Of a stretch of 64,000 bases of DNA, positions 39,490 through 52,986 are shown in pieces. Below the pieces are notes generated by a model, which saw only the letters and a program-made list of their open reading frames with translations, had not been told where the DNA came from and did no database searches. Position 1 is the stretch's first letter; each line of letters starts with the position of its first letter. The stretch comes from Octopus sinensis (taxonomy: Eukaryota), in assembly GCF_006345805.1 (NCBI RefSeq), contig NC_043001.1, forward strand, positions 74,400,001 through 74,464,000, written 5' to 3'. The position numbers and the translations under genes were made by a program.

Positions 39490-40190
39490 TTGGTGAAGAA
39501 ATGATTATTTATTCAGTCAAAGAAAATCTTTATTTGACTGTCATTTTTCGTGTACAGCACAGTCCCATACCAACAGTCTTCTTTCTCTTGAATCACATGA
39601 TTCTTCTTATACCCAGGTTTTTCTCTCAGTTCATATACACTCTAGTATTTGTGTACATTTAACATTATACATACAGTATAATATGCTTGCTTTATTTCTT
39701 TCCTGCACTGAAAGCCATTTATTTCACCACCATGCAGCATTGCAATTCAAACACAAGCTTCATACTGTCTACCCTTCACTCTGAGGTAGAAGACCTATGT
39801 TGCTAGCAGAAGTAACAGTTCACTGAAGTTTTTCCACCTTGTTTTCACTCTGTCTACTATACTTTTGGAACATCCACCATCACAGCATATTAATGTTACC
39901 TATATAACAGATAACAGGAGCCCCTAGCTATGTCTAGAAAGTCTTTTGAGCATAAGAAGCAGATTCCTTACTTCTGATGTGTCCTTAGTGCTTATTGCCT
40001 CTGTGCAGCTTCCACATACAAAGTTTCTTCTCTCCATTAGCCTGTCTGTGATTCCACTACACCCCCTCTACATCTATAGCTTACACTGGGTACAACATCT
40101 TGAATTTTGATCTATTCATTTACTTCATGTCAAGTGAGGCCATTTCCCTGAATGTAGGAAGGTTCTGTCATTTTCCCAATTTACTATAGA
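39490..40190 (-). mobile_element. RTE-clade LINE ORF2 C-terminal remnant
   Basis: Degenerate CTQCKL, FVCGSCT, GGCSKSI..R..TRW.NF.ELL.LL, LRVKGRQYEACV..AMLHG and ERNKAS motifs. Confidence 0.75.
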
Positions 40191-40964
40191 CTTTGCAAAG
40201 CTTACTTAGAGGTCTTTTAATTCTAGACTTTTATTCTTTTATTTGTTTGTCATTTGATTGTGGCTGTGCTGGAGCATCGCCTTTAGTCGAACAAATTCAC
40301 CCCAGGACTTAGTCTTTGTTAGCCTAGCTTAGTACTTATTCTACCAGTCTCTTTTGCCGAATCGCTAAGTTACAGGGACGTAAACACACCAACATCGATT
40401 GTTAAGTGGTGGTGGGGAGACAAACACAGACACACAAACATATATATATATATATATATATACATATATATATACATTTATATATATTTATATATATACA
40501 CACAATAAGCTTCTTTCAGTTTCTGTCAACCAAATCCACTCACAAGGCTTTGGTCATCCTGAGGATATAGTTAGTAGAAGACACTTGCCCAAGATGCCAT
40601 GCAGTGGGACTTAACCCGGAACTACGTGGTTCGTAAGCAAGCTACTTACTACACACCCACTCCTGCACCTATGGTCACTCCTGTCACCATCTCTGAAATT
40701 TATCTCTCATACATATATATATATATATGTATGAGAGATGTATATATATAGCATCACATTCATCTTTTAAAATATATCCTCCTTGCTAGTATGGGATGGA
40801 TGATTTGTTACGATCCACTGGGTTTCAGGACAATATTGTACTTCAATGGTACAGGCACACACACACACACACTCTTCCAGGGAACCAGAGAAAAGACTGA
40901 TCAATGGGATTCAAATGTGTTCAATATGACGTAACTGTCTGCCTGCCTGTCTCTCTGTCTCTGT

Positions 40965-40997
<33 letters not shown>

Positions 40998-41240
40998 GTT
41001 TAATGTCCGTTTTCCATGCTAGCATGGGTTGGACGGTTCAACTAGGGTCTGGGGAGCCAGTAGGCTGTGCCAGGCCCAGTCTGATCTGGCAGTGTTTCTA
41101 CAGCTGGATGCCCTTCTTAATGCCAACCACTCCGTGAGTGTAGTGGGTGCTTTTTATGTGCCACCTGCACAGGTGCCAGACGAGGCTGGCAAACGGCCAT
41201 GATCGGATGGTGCTTTTTACGTGCCACCAGCACGGATATT

Positions 41241-41279
<39 letters not shown>

Positions 41280-41287
41280 ACGCAGGG

Positions 41288-41987
41288 TGTGGTGAATAAA
41301 CTATTGTCTAAATTACACTAAAATGAAAATAACACTGACATCTCCTTTTAACAGATATATTTACCAAAATTACATAAAAACAATCTTGAAATACTAAAGA
41401 GTAAATTTATTCAATAAAATCACCATTGACTTCAACCATGGCCTCCAGATGACTTCGGAATCCTTTGCACCCTTCTGGACATGACTGGGTTCTTCTACTT
41501 GTGTGGCATGATGCAGAGTACTGTTGCCAGACGTAAGGTCTTCCAACAGCCACCCTTTTGACCCAGGGCAGTACTACCTCTTCCAGGCACTTGATTTAGG
41601 GCTCCATGTTGAGTGTGAGGCCGTGTAGGAAGAAGAATGGAGGCATAACGTCGCCATCACTAGTGATCATTCTAAACACCATGATCTTGACTAGATGTTT
41701 GATTTTTTTTTTACTCTTGGTACGTGTCCTCAGCTTGCACTCGTCTCAGATTGACACCCAAACACTCTGAAATGTTCATATTGGAGCTTCTTGCACAAAT
41801 GCCAATCAGCACAACATGTGGTTTCCAAATTTCTGGCAGAGTGAATTGCATCATGGTGCTGTTTCTCTCATAGATGGTGCCCAACTGACCCTACTATACT
41901 GTCCAGTCAATAAAATCGAAAACAAAAAATGCACATGTGTGAAATTTAAAATTTAAAATGGCAACAATTTACCTATCGCACCCTGTA
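41288..41987 (-). mobile_element. Internally deleted Tc1/maT-like element with degenerate TIRs
   Basis: Ends CAGGGTG.../...CACCCTG; internal GFRSHLEAMVEVNG matches the family at 29.6 kb. Confidence 0.65.
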
Positions 41988-42604
41988 TGTATATATATAT
42001 TCTTTCATTCTTTTATTTGTTTCAGTCATTTGACTGCAGCCATGCTGGAGCACTGCTTTAGTTGAACAAATCAACCCCAGGACTTATTCTTTGTAAACCT
42101 AGTACTTATTCTATTAGTCTCTTTTGCCGAACCACTAAGTTATGGGGATGTAAACACATCAACATCGGTTGGCAAGCAATGTTGGGCACAAACACAGACA
42201 CACAAACACACACATATACGATGGGCTTCTTTTAGTTTCCATCTTCCAAATCCTCTCACAAGACTTTGGTCAGCCTGAGGCTATAGTAGAAGACACTTGC
42301 CCAAGGTGCCACACAATGGGACTACACATATATACATATATATATATTCAGTATATATATTACTTGCTTCAGTCATTAGGTTGCAGCCATGCCTGGGCAC
42401 TTCTTGAAGAATTTTTAGTCAAACAAATCAACTCCAGTACTTCTTTTTTCAAAGCTTGGTATTTATTATATCAGTCTCTTCTGCTAAACTACTAGGCTAC
42501 AGGGACTTAAGCATGCCAACACCAGTTGTCAAGCAGTGTTGAGGACACAAAAACATACACACATACAGACATACATTCAGACATGCATACATACATACAC
42601 ATTT

Positions 42605-42669
<65 letters not shown>

Positions 42670-44229
42670 TATTATATATATATATATTATATATATAAAT
42701 ATATATATATATAATAGGCTTTTTTCAGTTTCCATCTATTAAATCCACTCACAAGGTTTTCATTGGTCTGAGGCTACAGTAGAAGGCACTTATCTAAGGT
42801 AATATATAGTGGGACTGAAACTATGTGGTTGGGAACCAAACTTCTTACCATGCAGCCATATTGTCTGTCATGTTTGCTCATTTATACTTTAGCATTGTTT
42901 TGCTTTTGACGCCAACAAATTGAGCAATATTATAAATACAGCATTGAAATCGTGATGACTTTTGTTTGACAACTGATGAAGGGTGAGTGTGCCCACACCT
43001 GTTGTGATTTTTCATGCTCTCCATATGTTCTTTTGTCATCGTCCATGCTAGATTTTACTATATATATATTAGAATTGTGCTTAGAATAACCACCAATCTT
43101 TTAACTATCTTACATTAATCTTCAAACAAACTGTTTCCTCTCTTGTTAAAGTCTATGTTGAAAATGTTCACTGCCTTAGAATTAATTACATATTTTATTG
43201 ATGATTCCAATAGTTTTCTACTAATTATTTGCAAACAGTGCCAGATATACCTATAGACTCATACTGAAGCCTTAGGCCTCAAAATCTAGAGGGACCTCCA
43301 GCAAACATATATTTTTGTCTCTATCATAAACATTTTGGGAAGCTAGAGGAACCCACAAATGCCAAGGGCCTCATCATCTAAATCCAGCTCTGTTTCAAGC
43401 ATGCACTTTTAGTATTAGTTACTGATATAATCACTGTTTATTGAATCATTCATTATTTTAATATTGATTATTTTCAGCTTATACATTAATTATTTATTTT
43501 ATTCTCATAGCTAGAAGCATGAACTGTTGCTTTTTACTAATATATTTTTCATTATACTCTTCTTTTCTTTTATTCTCATAATTGTTGTCTCCAAGTTGGG
43601 GTAACACCTTGAAGGCTTTAATTGATCAAGTTAATCCTAGTACCTTTTTAAGTCTGGCATATATTCAATTGGCCACTTTTTCACTGAAATGTTAAGTCAT
43701 AGGGATGAAAACAAATTACACTGGTTATCAAATTGTAGAGTGGGGGACCAACATAAACACACACACACACACACATACTTACACCCCATTCACGCACTCT
43801 TACAGGATAAATATCCAAACAGTTTCTGTTGACCAAATCTATTTACAAGGCTTTTGTTGGCTCAGGGCTATTGTAGAGGACACAAGCCCAAGGTGTCATT
43901 TAATGATATTGAACCTGAATCCATAGCATTGCAAAGCAAATTTCTAAGTCACATGACCATACCTGCATCTGTTCATTTTTCAATATGTTCTCTGTTTTAG
44001 GCGGCGAGCTGGCAGAAACATTAGCCCGCTGTGCAAAATGATAGCGGTATTTTGTCTGTCTTTACGTTCTGAGTTCAAATTCTACCAAGGTCGACTTTGC
44101 CTTTCATCCTTTTGAGGTCAATAAATTAAGTACCAGTTGCGTTCTGGGATCGATATAATTGACTGGCGCACTCTCCAAAAATTTCAATAGAAAAGATATG
44201 TTCTCTGTTTTGAGAAAGATTGTAAATGT

Positions 44230-44760
44230 ATTTGTTTTTCTTTAAATGAATGATATTCAGAACGTTTATTACTGAACTGATTTATGGTTGTACTGTTTGT
44301 TTACAGAATGTTCATGCCTTTTTATGACTATGGTTTACTAACTTTTCACATATCTAATAACTATTGTTTACAGACTGTTCACACTCCTAATAACTATTGC
44401 TTACAGAATGTTCATACAGCTAATATCCTGTATTTATGTAATATTCACAGTTTACTAATTATGATTTGCAGAGTATTCACTGACATACAGTGATTAATGT
44501 TCACTATTACACCAATGATTGTTCACAAATTGTTCACTTTTTGTTGTGATAATTGTTTACAGAATGCTCACTATTTTACTAACATTAGCTAGCATAATGT
44601 TTACTGCCATGCTGGTGATAGCCTACATATATTTTGCCTATGTTTTATTGATTGTTTACTGATTGCTGACAGACTTCACCAATGTTATGATGATTGTTTA
44701 CAGAATGCTCATAGTATTGCTAACAAATGCATCTATAACACTGTTTAACTATTTTTGTCC
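44230..44760. repeat. Degenerate minisatellite with core ttgtttacagaatgttcac
   Basis: Core recurs at least six times with variable spacing. Confidence 0.75.
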
Positions 44761-46894
44761 TTTGGTAGCAACTGTTATTTCCTATTTGCTTAACCCTTGA
44801 AAGTATGAAAAATGGCTGATATTTCCTTCAAACTTTGCTTTTGTTACATTTGTTCAAATCCCAAAGAATCCTTTTCAACTCATGGTGTATGATCAGAGAT
44901 GCACATGTCAGCTACTTGGTAATATGCTCAAGTGGTTAAGGTCAAGCAACTGACAAGCAAATCTGTGGTACTGAGCAGAATATTTGCAATAATGATAATT
45001 CTGAAATTCAGCAGCTCAGCTGAATCTGTCTGAAGTGTAATGAAAAATAGGTCAGTTTCAAAACATTATTGTTCAGGTCACAAAAGCAAAGTCCGAAGGG
45101 AATAATAGTCATTTTCTTTGATATCTAGATAAAAGCAAATAGGAAATAACACTTTCTGACCAAAGATGAAGAGAAAATGTTAAATGTTCACTACCTTGCT
45201 GAATATTGCCAGCAAACATTTCATTGATATATTATGAATTATTTCAAAATGCTCGCTTCATTTTTCTAAAAGCTGTTCACTTTTGCTGTTGAATATGCAT
45301 AAATCTCTTTTAATTTACTATGTCAATTATAATATGGTTATTAATGAAATATTTATCTTCTTTTACTTGTTTCAATCATTGGACTGTGGCCATGCTGTGG
45401 CACTACTGTAAAGTGTTTAATTGAATAGATTGACTCCAGTACCTATTTTTTAAGTCTGGTACTTATTCTATCAGTCTCTCTTGATGAACCACTTAGTTAC
45501 AAGAATGTAAACAAACCAACACCAATTGGCAAGTGGAGGGATGGTAGACAAACATACACATACGTATACACACAGTTTCCATCTACCAGATTCACTCACA
45601 GGGTATTGGTTGGCCTAGGGTGATAGAAAAAGATATTTGTATGAGGTGCTACACAGCAGGACTGAACCCCAAACCATGAGATTGCAAAGTAAGCTTCTGA
45701 ATCACACAGCCATGACTGTGCCTATAAGGATGCTGTTTAAATGTTTACCAAATAATTTGATCTTTATCCTTTATGGCTATTGTGATAGAACTCATATTAG
45801 ATAGCTGCTGCTTCTTATCACCTCCCTTAGGAGATACACACAACACTATATTATTATGAAGATTTACCCATGTTGTTATACACTGCTAGTTACAATGCAC
45901 TTCCTTGCCTTGTTATAGCTTTTGAATGAAGCTGCCTTGCTGGCTTGGCCGGGAGGCCAATATTCCTCATGAATGGAATGTCAGTCAATTACGTGGTTAC
46001 CCATTTACAGCTGAGTAGACTGATGCAACAATAAATGATGGTTTGCTCAAGAACACAATGCCCTTCTGGTCTGGGAATCAAAATTACAATTTTGTGATTG
46101 TGAGTGTGTCACCCTAACCACTAAGCCACACACCTTCATTATATATATTATAAAGGTATGATTCAGGGATCTGAGTGTAGGAAGTTTGTAAGCTTCAAGC
46201 AGCGAGTGGTCGGTATAAGACTGAAGATTCTTCTCAATTCTGCATTTTATATGTGTGTATGTATGTGTTAATTTATGAGAGATAAAGAGATTGCATACTG
46301 TTTGTCTTAGAGAAATTCATAAATTAACATATACAAGACTCCACCTAATTCCCCCACTACAATTTAATATGGAGAGATAACAAGAGTTATCTCCCCATGG
46401 TACCTAATTATAGATAGTGGGACAGAGTCAGAGATACAGAAAAGTCTTGTTGTGTTATGACCTAGAGATGCTTATTCAGCCAGCTTAACAGGGTGTGTTC
46501 CAAAAATAGAGTAGCATTTGAAAAGATTTTACATAAAAATCTTAATAGACAAATGGGACGTAGGATTTTTTTGGGGTTCCTTACTACCTACAGCACTTCA
46601 TTGTCTTGAATTCTTCTGTCTATATTCTCTTTCTTTCTCCTGTAAATTTAGAATTATTATTATTGCTGTTGTTGTTGTTGTTCTTGGTATAATAAATGTT
46701 GCTGGCAGTCTGTAAGAAGGAATACTTAGCAGCATTTCTTTTGACTCTTTATATTTCGAGTTCAAATCCTGCAGAAGTCAACTTTGCATTTCATCCTTTT
46801 GAGATCGATAAAATGAGTACCATTTGAGCACTGGAGTCAATGTAATCAACTACTCTCTTCTAGAATTGCTGGCTTTATGCTTAAAGAAGAGGGG

Positions 46895-46954
<60 letters not shown>

Positions 46955-47451
46955 GAGAGAACAGTGCATGCCATCAAAGTGAAACTGGGGTAAAATATAT
47001 GAAGCCCATCCATCATGTCTACCCATCTGATAAGGGTACATCAAGCAAATTCATCACAACCATATGTACATGACATGGTGATCTTATATCAAGATAAACA
47101 ATGCATGATGTTGCAGGTGGGACCCAGTTAGAATTTTCTTCCAGTCTAGTACCCCATACCACTCAAAAGGTCCCTGAATAAGGGTTGTTTAAGGACATTG
47201 AATGAAACACCCAGGTTTCCAGAGGTGAATTATTCAAACCCTAAAGAATTCCTCTCAACACATGGCTATGATGCTCCCCCCACTGCTTCTGCTCATGATC
47301 AGAGATGCACATATTGTCAGCCACTATGGGACATGTGTTATTAAACAGAATATTTGCTGTAGCCCATCTTTTATACCGAGACAAAACATGGACATGATAA
47401 CACTTCCAGTCACTTTATTATTATTATTATTATTAATGATTTGTGTTGTAG

Positions 47452-47565
47452 AATGTGATTTCCAGAAGCAGTTCCGATGTGGAAATGGAATCTGTATGTC
47501 CCACAAACATTGGTGCAACAATGTTAGAGATTGTTCTGATGGTTCTGATGAATTGCCAGGATGTC
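47452..47565 (+). CDS. LDLa module 2 (CDFQKQFRCGNGICMSHKHWCNNVRDCSDGSDELPGC)
   Basis: Six Cys, DCSDGSDE motif; acceptor gtgttgtag, donor gtaagt at 47566; 114 nt, phase 1-1. Confidence 0.95.
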
Positions 47566-48199
47566 GTAAGTCATTCTACAATATTTTCCTTCAATATATT
47601 TATTTTATGTATGTTATGTTAACTTTTTAACTGTCTTTTTTATGTTGTGTTTTTTTTTAACTATAGCATCTTTGATTGCAAGTTTCAAATGCTCTAGTCA
47701 ATGGTTCTCCTCATTGTAACAGCAAGAAGGGAAAGTCTGTACAAACTTGTGTGGCATAAATACCAAAAAGCATTTTGTTTGAAACACCACTTGATTGGTT
47801 TTCTTGGTGATGTTTATATCATTCACTGTTATACAGCTCCTAAAGGAATACACATGCACATATATACTCACATTATCATCATCATCACTACTCTTTTTAA
47901 TGTTCATGCCCCTTATTGGTACTGATTGGATGATTTGACAGGATCCAATACATCCAAGGACTGCATCAGGCTCCTGTGTCTACTTTAGCATAGATTATAC
48001 AGCTGGAGACCTTTCCCAATGCTATTTACTTTATAGAGTGTACTTGGGGGCTCTTTTTGTGCCACCAGCAGCTTGCAACAGGAACATGAGAGAAGTAGCT
48101 TTATGCTAAGAGATGCTGACTATGTACCTTCTCATATCTACTTCTCAGTAAACTCACAAAACTTCCATTCTTTTCTAGTATCCCACCTCAACTTAGATC

Positions 48200-48880
48200 T
48201 TATATTTCTGTAAGTTAAGATTATCATCTCTATCCTCCATATGATATATTGTACAGTTAAGATGTATCATTCTTGTTTTACATATGAAGTATCTGTGAGC
48301 TAAGATTTATCTTCCTTGTGCTAGAAATGGTACATCTTAACTCACAAATATCTGTGAGTTAAGATGTATGCCTACAGTTCTAAAGCTGTTATATCTGAGA
48401 ATTAAGATGCATCTTCCTGTACTACAGATGATATATTCCAGAGTTAAAACGTGGTGTCTTCATACAACATTTGGTGTATCTTAAAGTTAAAATGTTATAT
48501 TACCTTGTACCTGTAGTACAAGGTAATATAACTGAAAGTTAAGATCTATTATCTCTGTATTACAAATGAGTTAAGATCTATCCTTCAAGTGCTAATATCT
48601 GTCCTCACTGTTCTACTGAGGAGATAGGATTTGTTCTCATTGTACCACAGATGAGTTAAGATCTATCCTTGCACTACAGATGAGGTGAGATTTATCCTCT
48701 CTATATAACAGATAATCTATTTGAGAATTTAGACCTAACATCTTTGTATTACAGATGAGTTAAGATCTGTTCTCTCTGTATTACAGATGACTTAAAATCT
48801 ATTTTTCATATACTTCAGATCAGTTAAGCTCTATCATTCATTTACTACAGATATTATATTTGAGAGTTAAGACATTTATT
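48200..48880. repeat. Degenerate minisatellite with core agatgagttaagatctat
   Basis: gagttaagat motif every ~30-45 bp. Confidence 0.8.
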
Positions 48881-48907
48881 GTTTACTATGTTTCATTATC
48901 ATTTTAG

Positions 48908-49021
48908 AATGTCTTGGTACCCAGTTCCATTGTAAACTGTCTGGAGAATGTATTCCTGGAGAATCTTACTGTGATGGTCATGCTCTATGTCAAGATCTCA
49001 CTGATGAACCACACAATTGTA
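48908..49021 (+). CDS. LDLa module 3 (CLGTQFHCKLSGECIPGESYCDGHALCQDLTDEPHNC)
   Basis: Six Cys, CDG and DLTDE motifs; acceptor cattttag, donor gtaagt at 49022; 114 nt, phase 1-1. Confidence 0.93.
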
Positions 49022-49517
49022 GTAAGTTATCAAGAATTGTCTATAATACTTTTAAGATCAAAACTATTGACACCTCACACCTGCAACGTTTTGTTTTCAT
49101 TTTCTGACATAATCCCCACTCCCCACTCCCTACTCACTACTACACAGTTTAATTGCAATTAAAGGAGGGCTTGCGTGGAAATTAACTAATGTTGTTTCTC
49201 AAAGTGCTGCTGCACAATTAAATCCAAAAGACCTAGTATTCAGCAATAAAGCAGAGTTAATAATAATAATAATAATAATAATCCTTTCTATTATAGGCAC
49301 AAGGCCTGAAAATTGGGGGATGGGGATAGTTGATTACATCGATCCCAGTACTCAACTAGTACTTCATTTATCGACCCCAAAAGGATGAAAGGCAAAGTTG
49401 ACCACAGTGGAATTTGAACTCAAAACATAGTGATTGGCAAAATACTGCTAAACATTTCGTCCAGCATGCTAATGATTTTACCAGCTCACCACCTTAATAA
49501 TAATGATAATAATAATG

Positions 49518-49575
<58 letters not shown>

Positions 49576-49871
49576 GAAGTAATTTTACTATAGAGTATTG
49601 ATGAATATTTGATATACTGTCTACATTAGTTCTTCCTTAGTAGTAGCTTGAGTAGTGCTGGTGATGGTAGTAGTAACAGCACTTTGTGTGGTGGTGGTGG
49701 CGGTGGGGGTATAGATGATAGAAATTGTAATAGTCATGGTGGTAGTAGTAGTAATAATAGTATTGGTGGTGAGAGTAGAAAGTAGTAGGGTGACGTAAAT
49801 GGTGTTAAAAGAAATGAAGAACCAGTTCATCAAACTCTTCTTTTTTTTTCTTTCTTCTTCTTTCCCTTTAG

Positions 49872-49982
49872 CATGCAACCCCAAATGGCACATAGAATGT
49901 GCCAACCATAGATGTCTTCCAAAGTCTTTCAAATGTGATGGAATTAATCAATGTGGAGATTTCAGTGATGAAGTAAATTGCA
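49872..49982 (+). CDS. LDLa module 4 ([36 protein letters not shown])
   Basis: Six Cys, CDG and DFSDE motifs; acceptor tttccctttag, donor gtaagt at 49983; 111 nt, phase 1-1. Confidence 0.95.
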
Positions 49983-50070
49983 GTAAGTGTTTCACCATTT
50001 TATCTCTTTAGTTATTTATTCACATAACAGCACAATTACCAAATATTTTATTCTTAAATTGTAAAGTATC

Positions 50071-50680
50071 ATCATCATCAGTTAAAGTCCGCTTCCCATG
50101 CTGGCATGGGTTGAACGATTTGAGTGAGGACTGGCGAACCAGATGGCTGCACCAGGCTCCAATCTGATCTGGCAGAGTTTCTACAGCTGGATGCCCTTCC
50201 TAATGCCAACCACTCCAAGAGTGTAGTGGGTGCTTTTACATGCTACCGGCACGAGGGCCAGTCTGGCAGTACTGGCCACTGCCATGCTCAAACGGTGTTT
50301 TTTACATGCCACCTGCATAGGAGTCAGTCCAACGGCACTGGCAATGACCTCGCTCAAATGTTTTGTTCACGTGCCAGTAAGGCAACGCAGGTAATGATCA
50401 CGCTCAAATGGTACTTTTTAAGTGCCACCGGCATGGAAGCCAGGCAGCTGCTCTGGCAGTGATCCTGCTCAGATGGAGCTGTTAGCACTCCACTGGTATG
50501 AGTGCCAGTCATCGAATTTGGTTCAATTTCAATTTCACTTGCCCCAACAGGTCTTCACAAGCAGAGTTTAGTGTCCAGTGAAGGAAGGTTGGCATAGGTG
50601 CCAGTCGAATTTGGTTTGATTTCGATTTCACTTGCCTCAACAGGTCTTCGCAAGCTGAGTTTTGTGTACGCATAAGTGGG
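50071..50680 (-). mobile_element. SINE family C with (GAT)n tail (RTE-type 3' end)
   Basis: catcatcat...gtccg.ttt.catgct.gcatggg...ttctacagctggatgcccttcctaatgccaaccac. Copies ~37455-37830, 38515-38790, 40965-41240, 55560-55725(+). Confidence 0.8.
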
Positions 50681-51890
50681 CTGTCCATGGATGTTAACTG
50701 GCTGGGTATGATCAATATTACACACACATTAAACATATTCTTTTATTCTTTATTTGTTTCAATCATTTGACTGTGGCCATACTGGGGTACTACCTTGAAG
50801 GGTTTTAGTTGAACAAATCGACCCCAAGACTTTTTTAAGCCTGGTACTATTCTATCAGTCCCTTTTGCTGAACTGCTATGTTATGGGGATGTAAACACAC
50901 CAACACCGGTTATCAGTTGGTGGAGATGGACAAATACACACATACACTTGCACATGCACATACACTCACACACGCACACACACACACATATATATATGAC
51001 AGGCTTTCAGTTTCAGTCAACGAAATTCACTCACAAGGTTTTGGTTGGCCTGAGGCTATAGTAGAAAACTTTTGATCAAGGTACCATGCAGTGGGACTGA
51101 ACCTGGAACCATGTGGTTGGGAAGCCAAATTTTTACTACACAGCCATGCCTATATGATAAAATATTATAAACAGAAGTTTATATCAGTTTTCTTTTGTGT
51201 ACATTTCACCATTGTGATTGTTTGAGATCTCTGCATTGGTTGTCTCATTTGATGTCTGTAGCATAATGCAATAAGATGTTCTCCTAATGATCTGCAGTGG
51301 TTCAGCATCCAATTGTACTTGGAACATCCAATGCAGAGATTCCAGACAACCACAATGATGAAATCTATAATATGTAGGAAAACAAACAATATAAACTTGT
51401 GTTTAGTATAATTTCTCTTACATTTGCTCTGCATAACATAACCAGTTATTGCAATTAATATAATAGTAAATGACCACTACATTGGAAGCAGATTGGATGA
51501 TGACAATCTACAAGGAACTCTAAACTCAGAAGTAGGAATCATACATCTAACTGTACACACAAGATATACTATGTATGTATGTATGTATGTATGTATGTAT
51601 GTATGTATGTATGTATGTATGTATCTATCTTCTATTTTTTAATTATCATAAATCTTCCACTGAGGAGGGAACTGGTTTCCAACAAAGATATGAGGCTCCA
51701 TCTTTGGGATGTTGTCAACACAAACAAATTCACATTTGGAACTTGAGAAAAGTCTTGCATATTTTTAGTGTTCCACTCACAGATCGCACTTGTAATGTAC
51801 GAATTAGCCTGTCAGTTTCTCATTCTGAAAATCCCAGTTTATCCAGATCCTCCTTTAAGCATTTACTATGTATGTATGCATGCATACATG

Positions 51891-52136
51891 GAGGTGCGTG
51901 GCTTAGTGGTTAGGGTGTCAGCGTCATGATCATAAGATTGTGGTTTCGATTCCTGGACCGGGTGACGCGTTGTGTTCTTGAGCAAAATACTTCATTTCAT
52001 GTTGCTCCAGTCCACTCAGCTGGCAAAAATGAGTAACGCTGCAATGGACTGGTGTCCTGTCCAGCTGGGGAACACATATGCCATTGAAACTGGGAAACCA
52101 GGCCCATGAGCCTGGCTAAGCTTTAAAAGGGTGCAT
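51891..52136 (+). mobile_element. tRNA-derived SINE family D
   Basis: A box TGGCTTAGTGG and B box GGTTTCGATTCC followed by a non-tRNA body. Related copies ~1950-2090(-), 24900-25070(-), 37935-38270, 45960-46135(-). Confidence 0.75.
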
Positions 52137-52563
52137 TTATTTATTTTTATGCATGAATACATGTATGCATGTATGCATCTTATATGTATGTCATTATTCA
52201 GTTTTATTTCAAGATTTCTTACCAATAAAGACAAAGAGCTGGTTTCTAACCTAGATTTCATGACTCCTTCATTGGAATTTTAACAACATCAACAGAAGAA
52301 ATAATGGAAGAGCTCAAGTGAGCTAATGGTGTTTCTTACATTGATGCTGAGCAGAGGAATCCTTGAAGATCAATGATCAGGATCATCAAACTCTATGAAG
52401 AGAGTAACTGCAATGCATCCATAGTGGTGGCATCCATGGTTGTGTAATCAGTTAATAAAAGATTCACTGTGACTCAAGCTCCCAATTCGAATTCATAATA
52501 ATGGAATTGATGGCAACAAAGTGTCATGGGAATCTGCAAAAAAAACAACAACAAAAAAATAAA

Positions 52564-52986
52564 GGCGTAGGAGTGGCTGTGTAGTAAGTAACTTGCTTAC
52601 CAACCACATGGTTCCGGGTTCAGTCCCACTGCATGGCACCTTGGGCAAGTGCCTTCTACTATAGCCTCAGGCCGACCAAAGCCTTGTGAGTGGATTTGGT
52701 AGACGGAAACTGAAAGAAGCCGCTCATATATATGTATATATATATATATGTATGTGTGTGTGTATATGTTTGTGCATCTGTGTTTGTCCCCCACCCAACA
52801 TCACTTGACAACCGATACTGGTGTGTTTACATCCCGTACCTTAGCGGTTCGGCAAAAGAGACCGATAGAATAAGTACTAGGCTTACAAAGAATAAGTCCT
52901 GGGGTCGATTTGCTCAACTAAAGGTGGTGCTCCAGCATGGCCACAGTCAAATGACTGAAACAAGTAAATGAGTAAAGAGAGTAAAG
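52564..52986 (+). mobile_element. tRNA-derived SINE family B with internal (TA)/(TG) microsatellite, full-length copy
   Basis: GGCGTAGGAGTGGCTGTG...GGTTCAGTCCC...CACCTTGGGCAAGTG. Minus copies ~8660-9010, 28715-29128, 40225-40672, 42000-42325, 42360-42850, 45355-45725, 50735-51152, 61440-62010. Confidence 0.85.

Noticed and set aside
51891-51965. tRNA gene candidates (A and B boxes) here and at other SINE heads
   Set aside because: No closed cloverleaf, and they run into SINE bodies.
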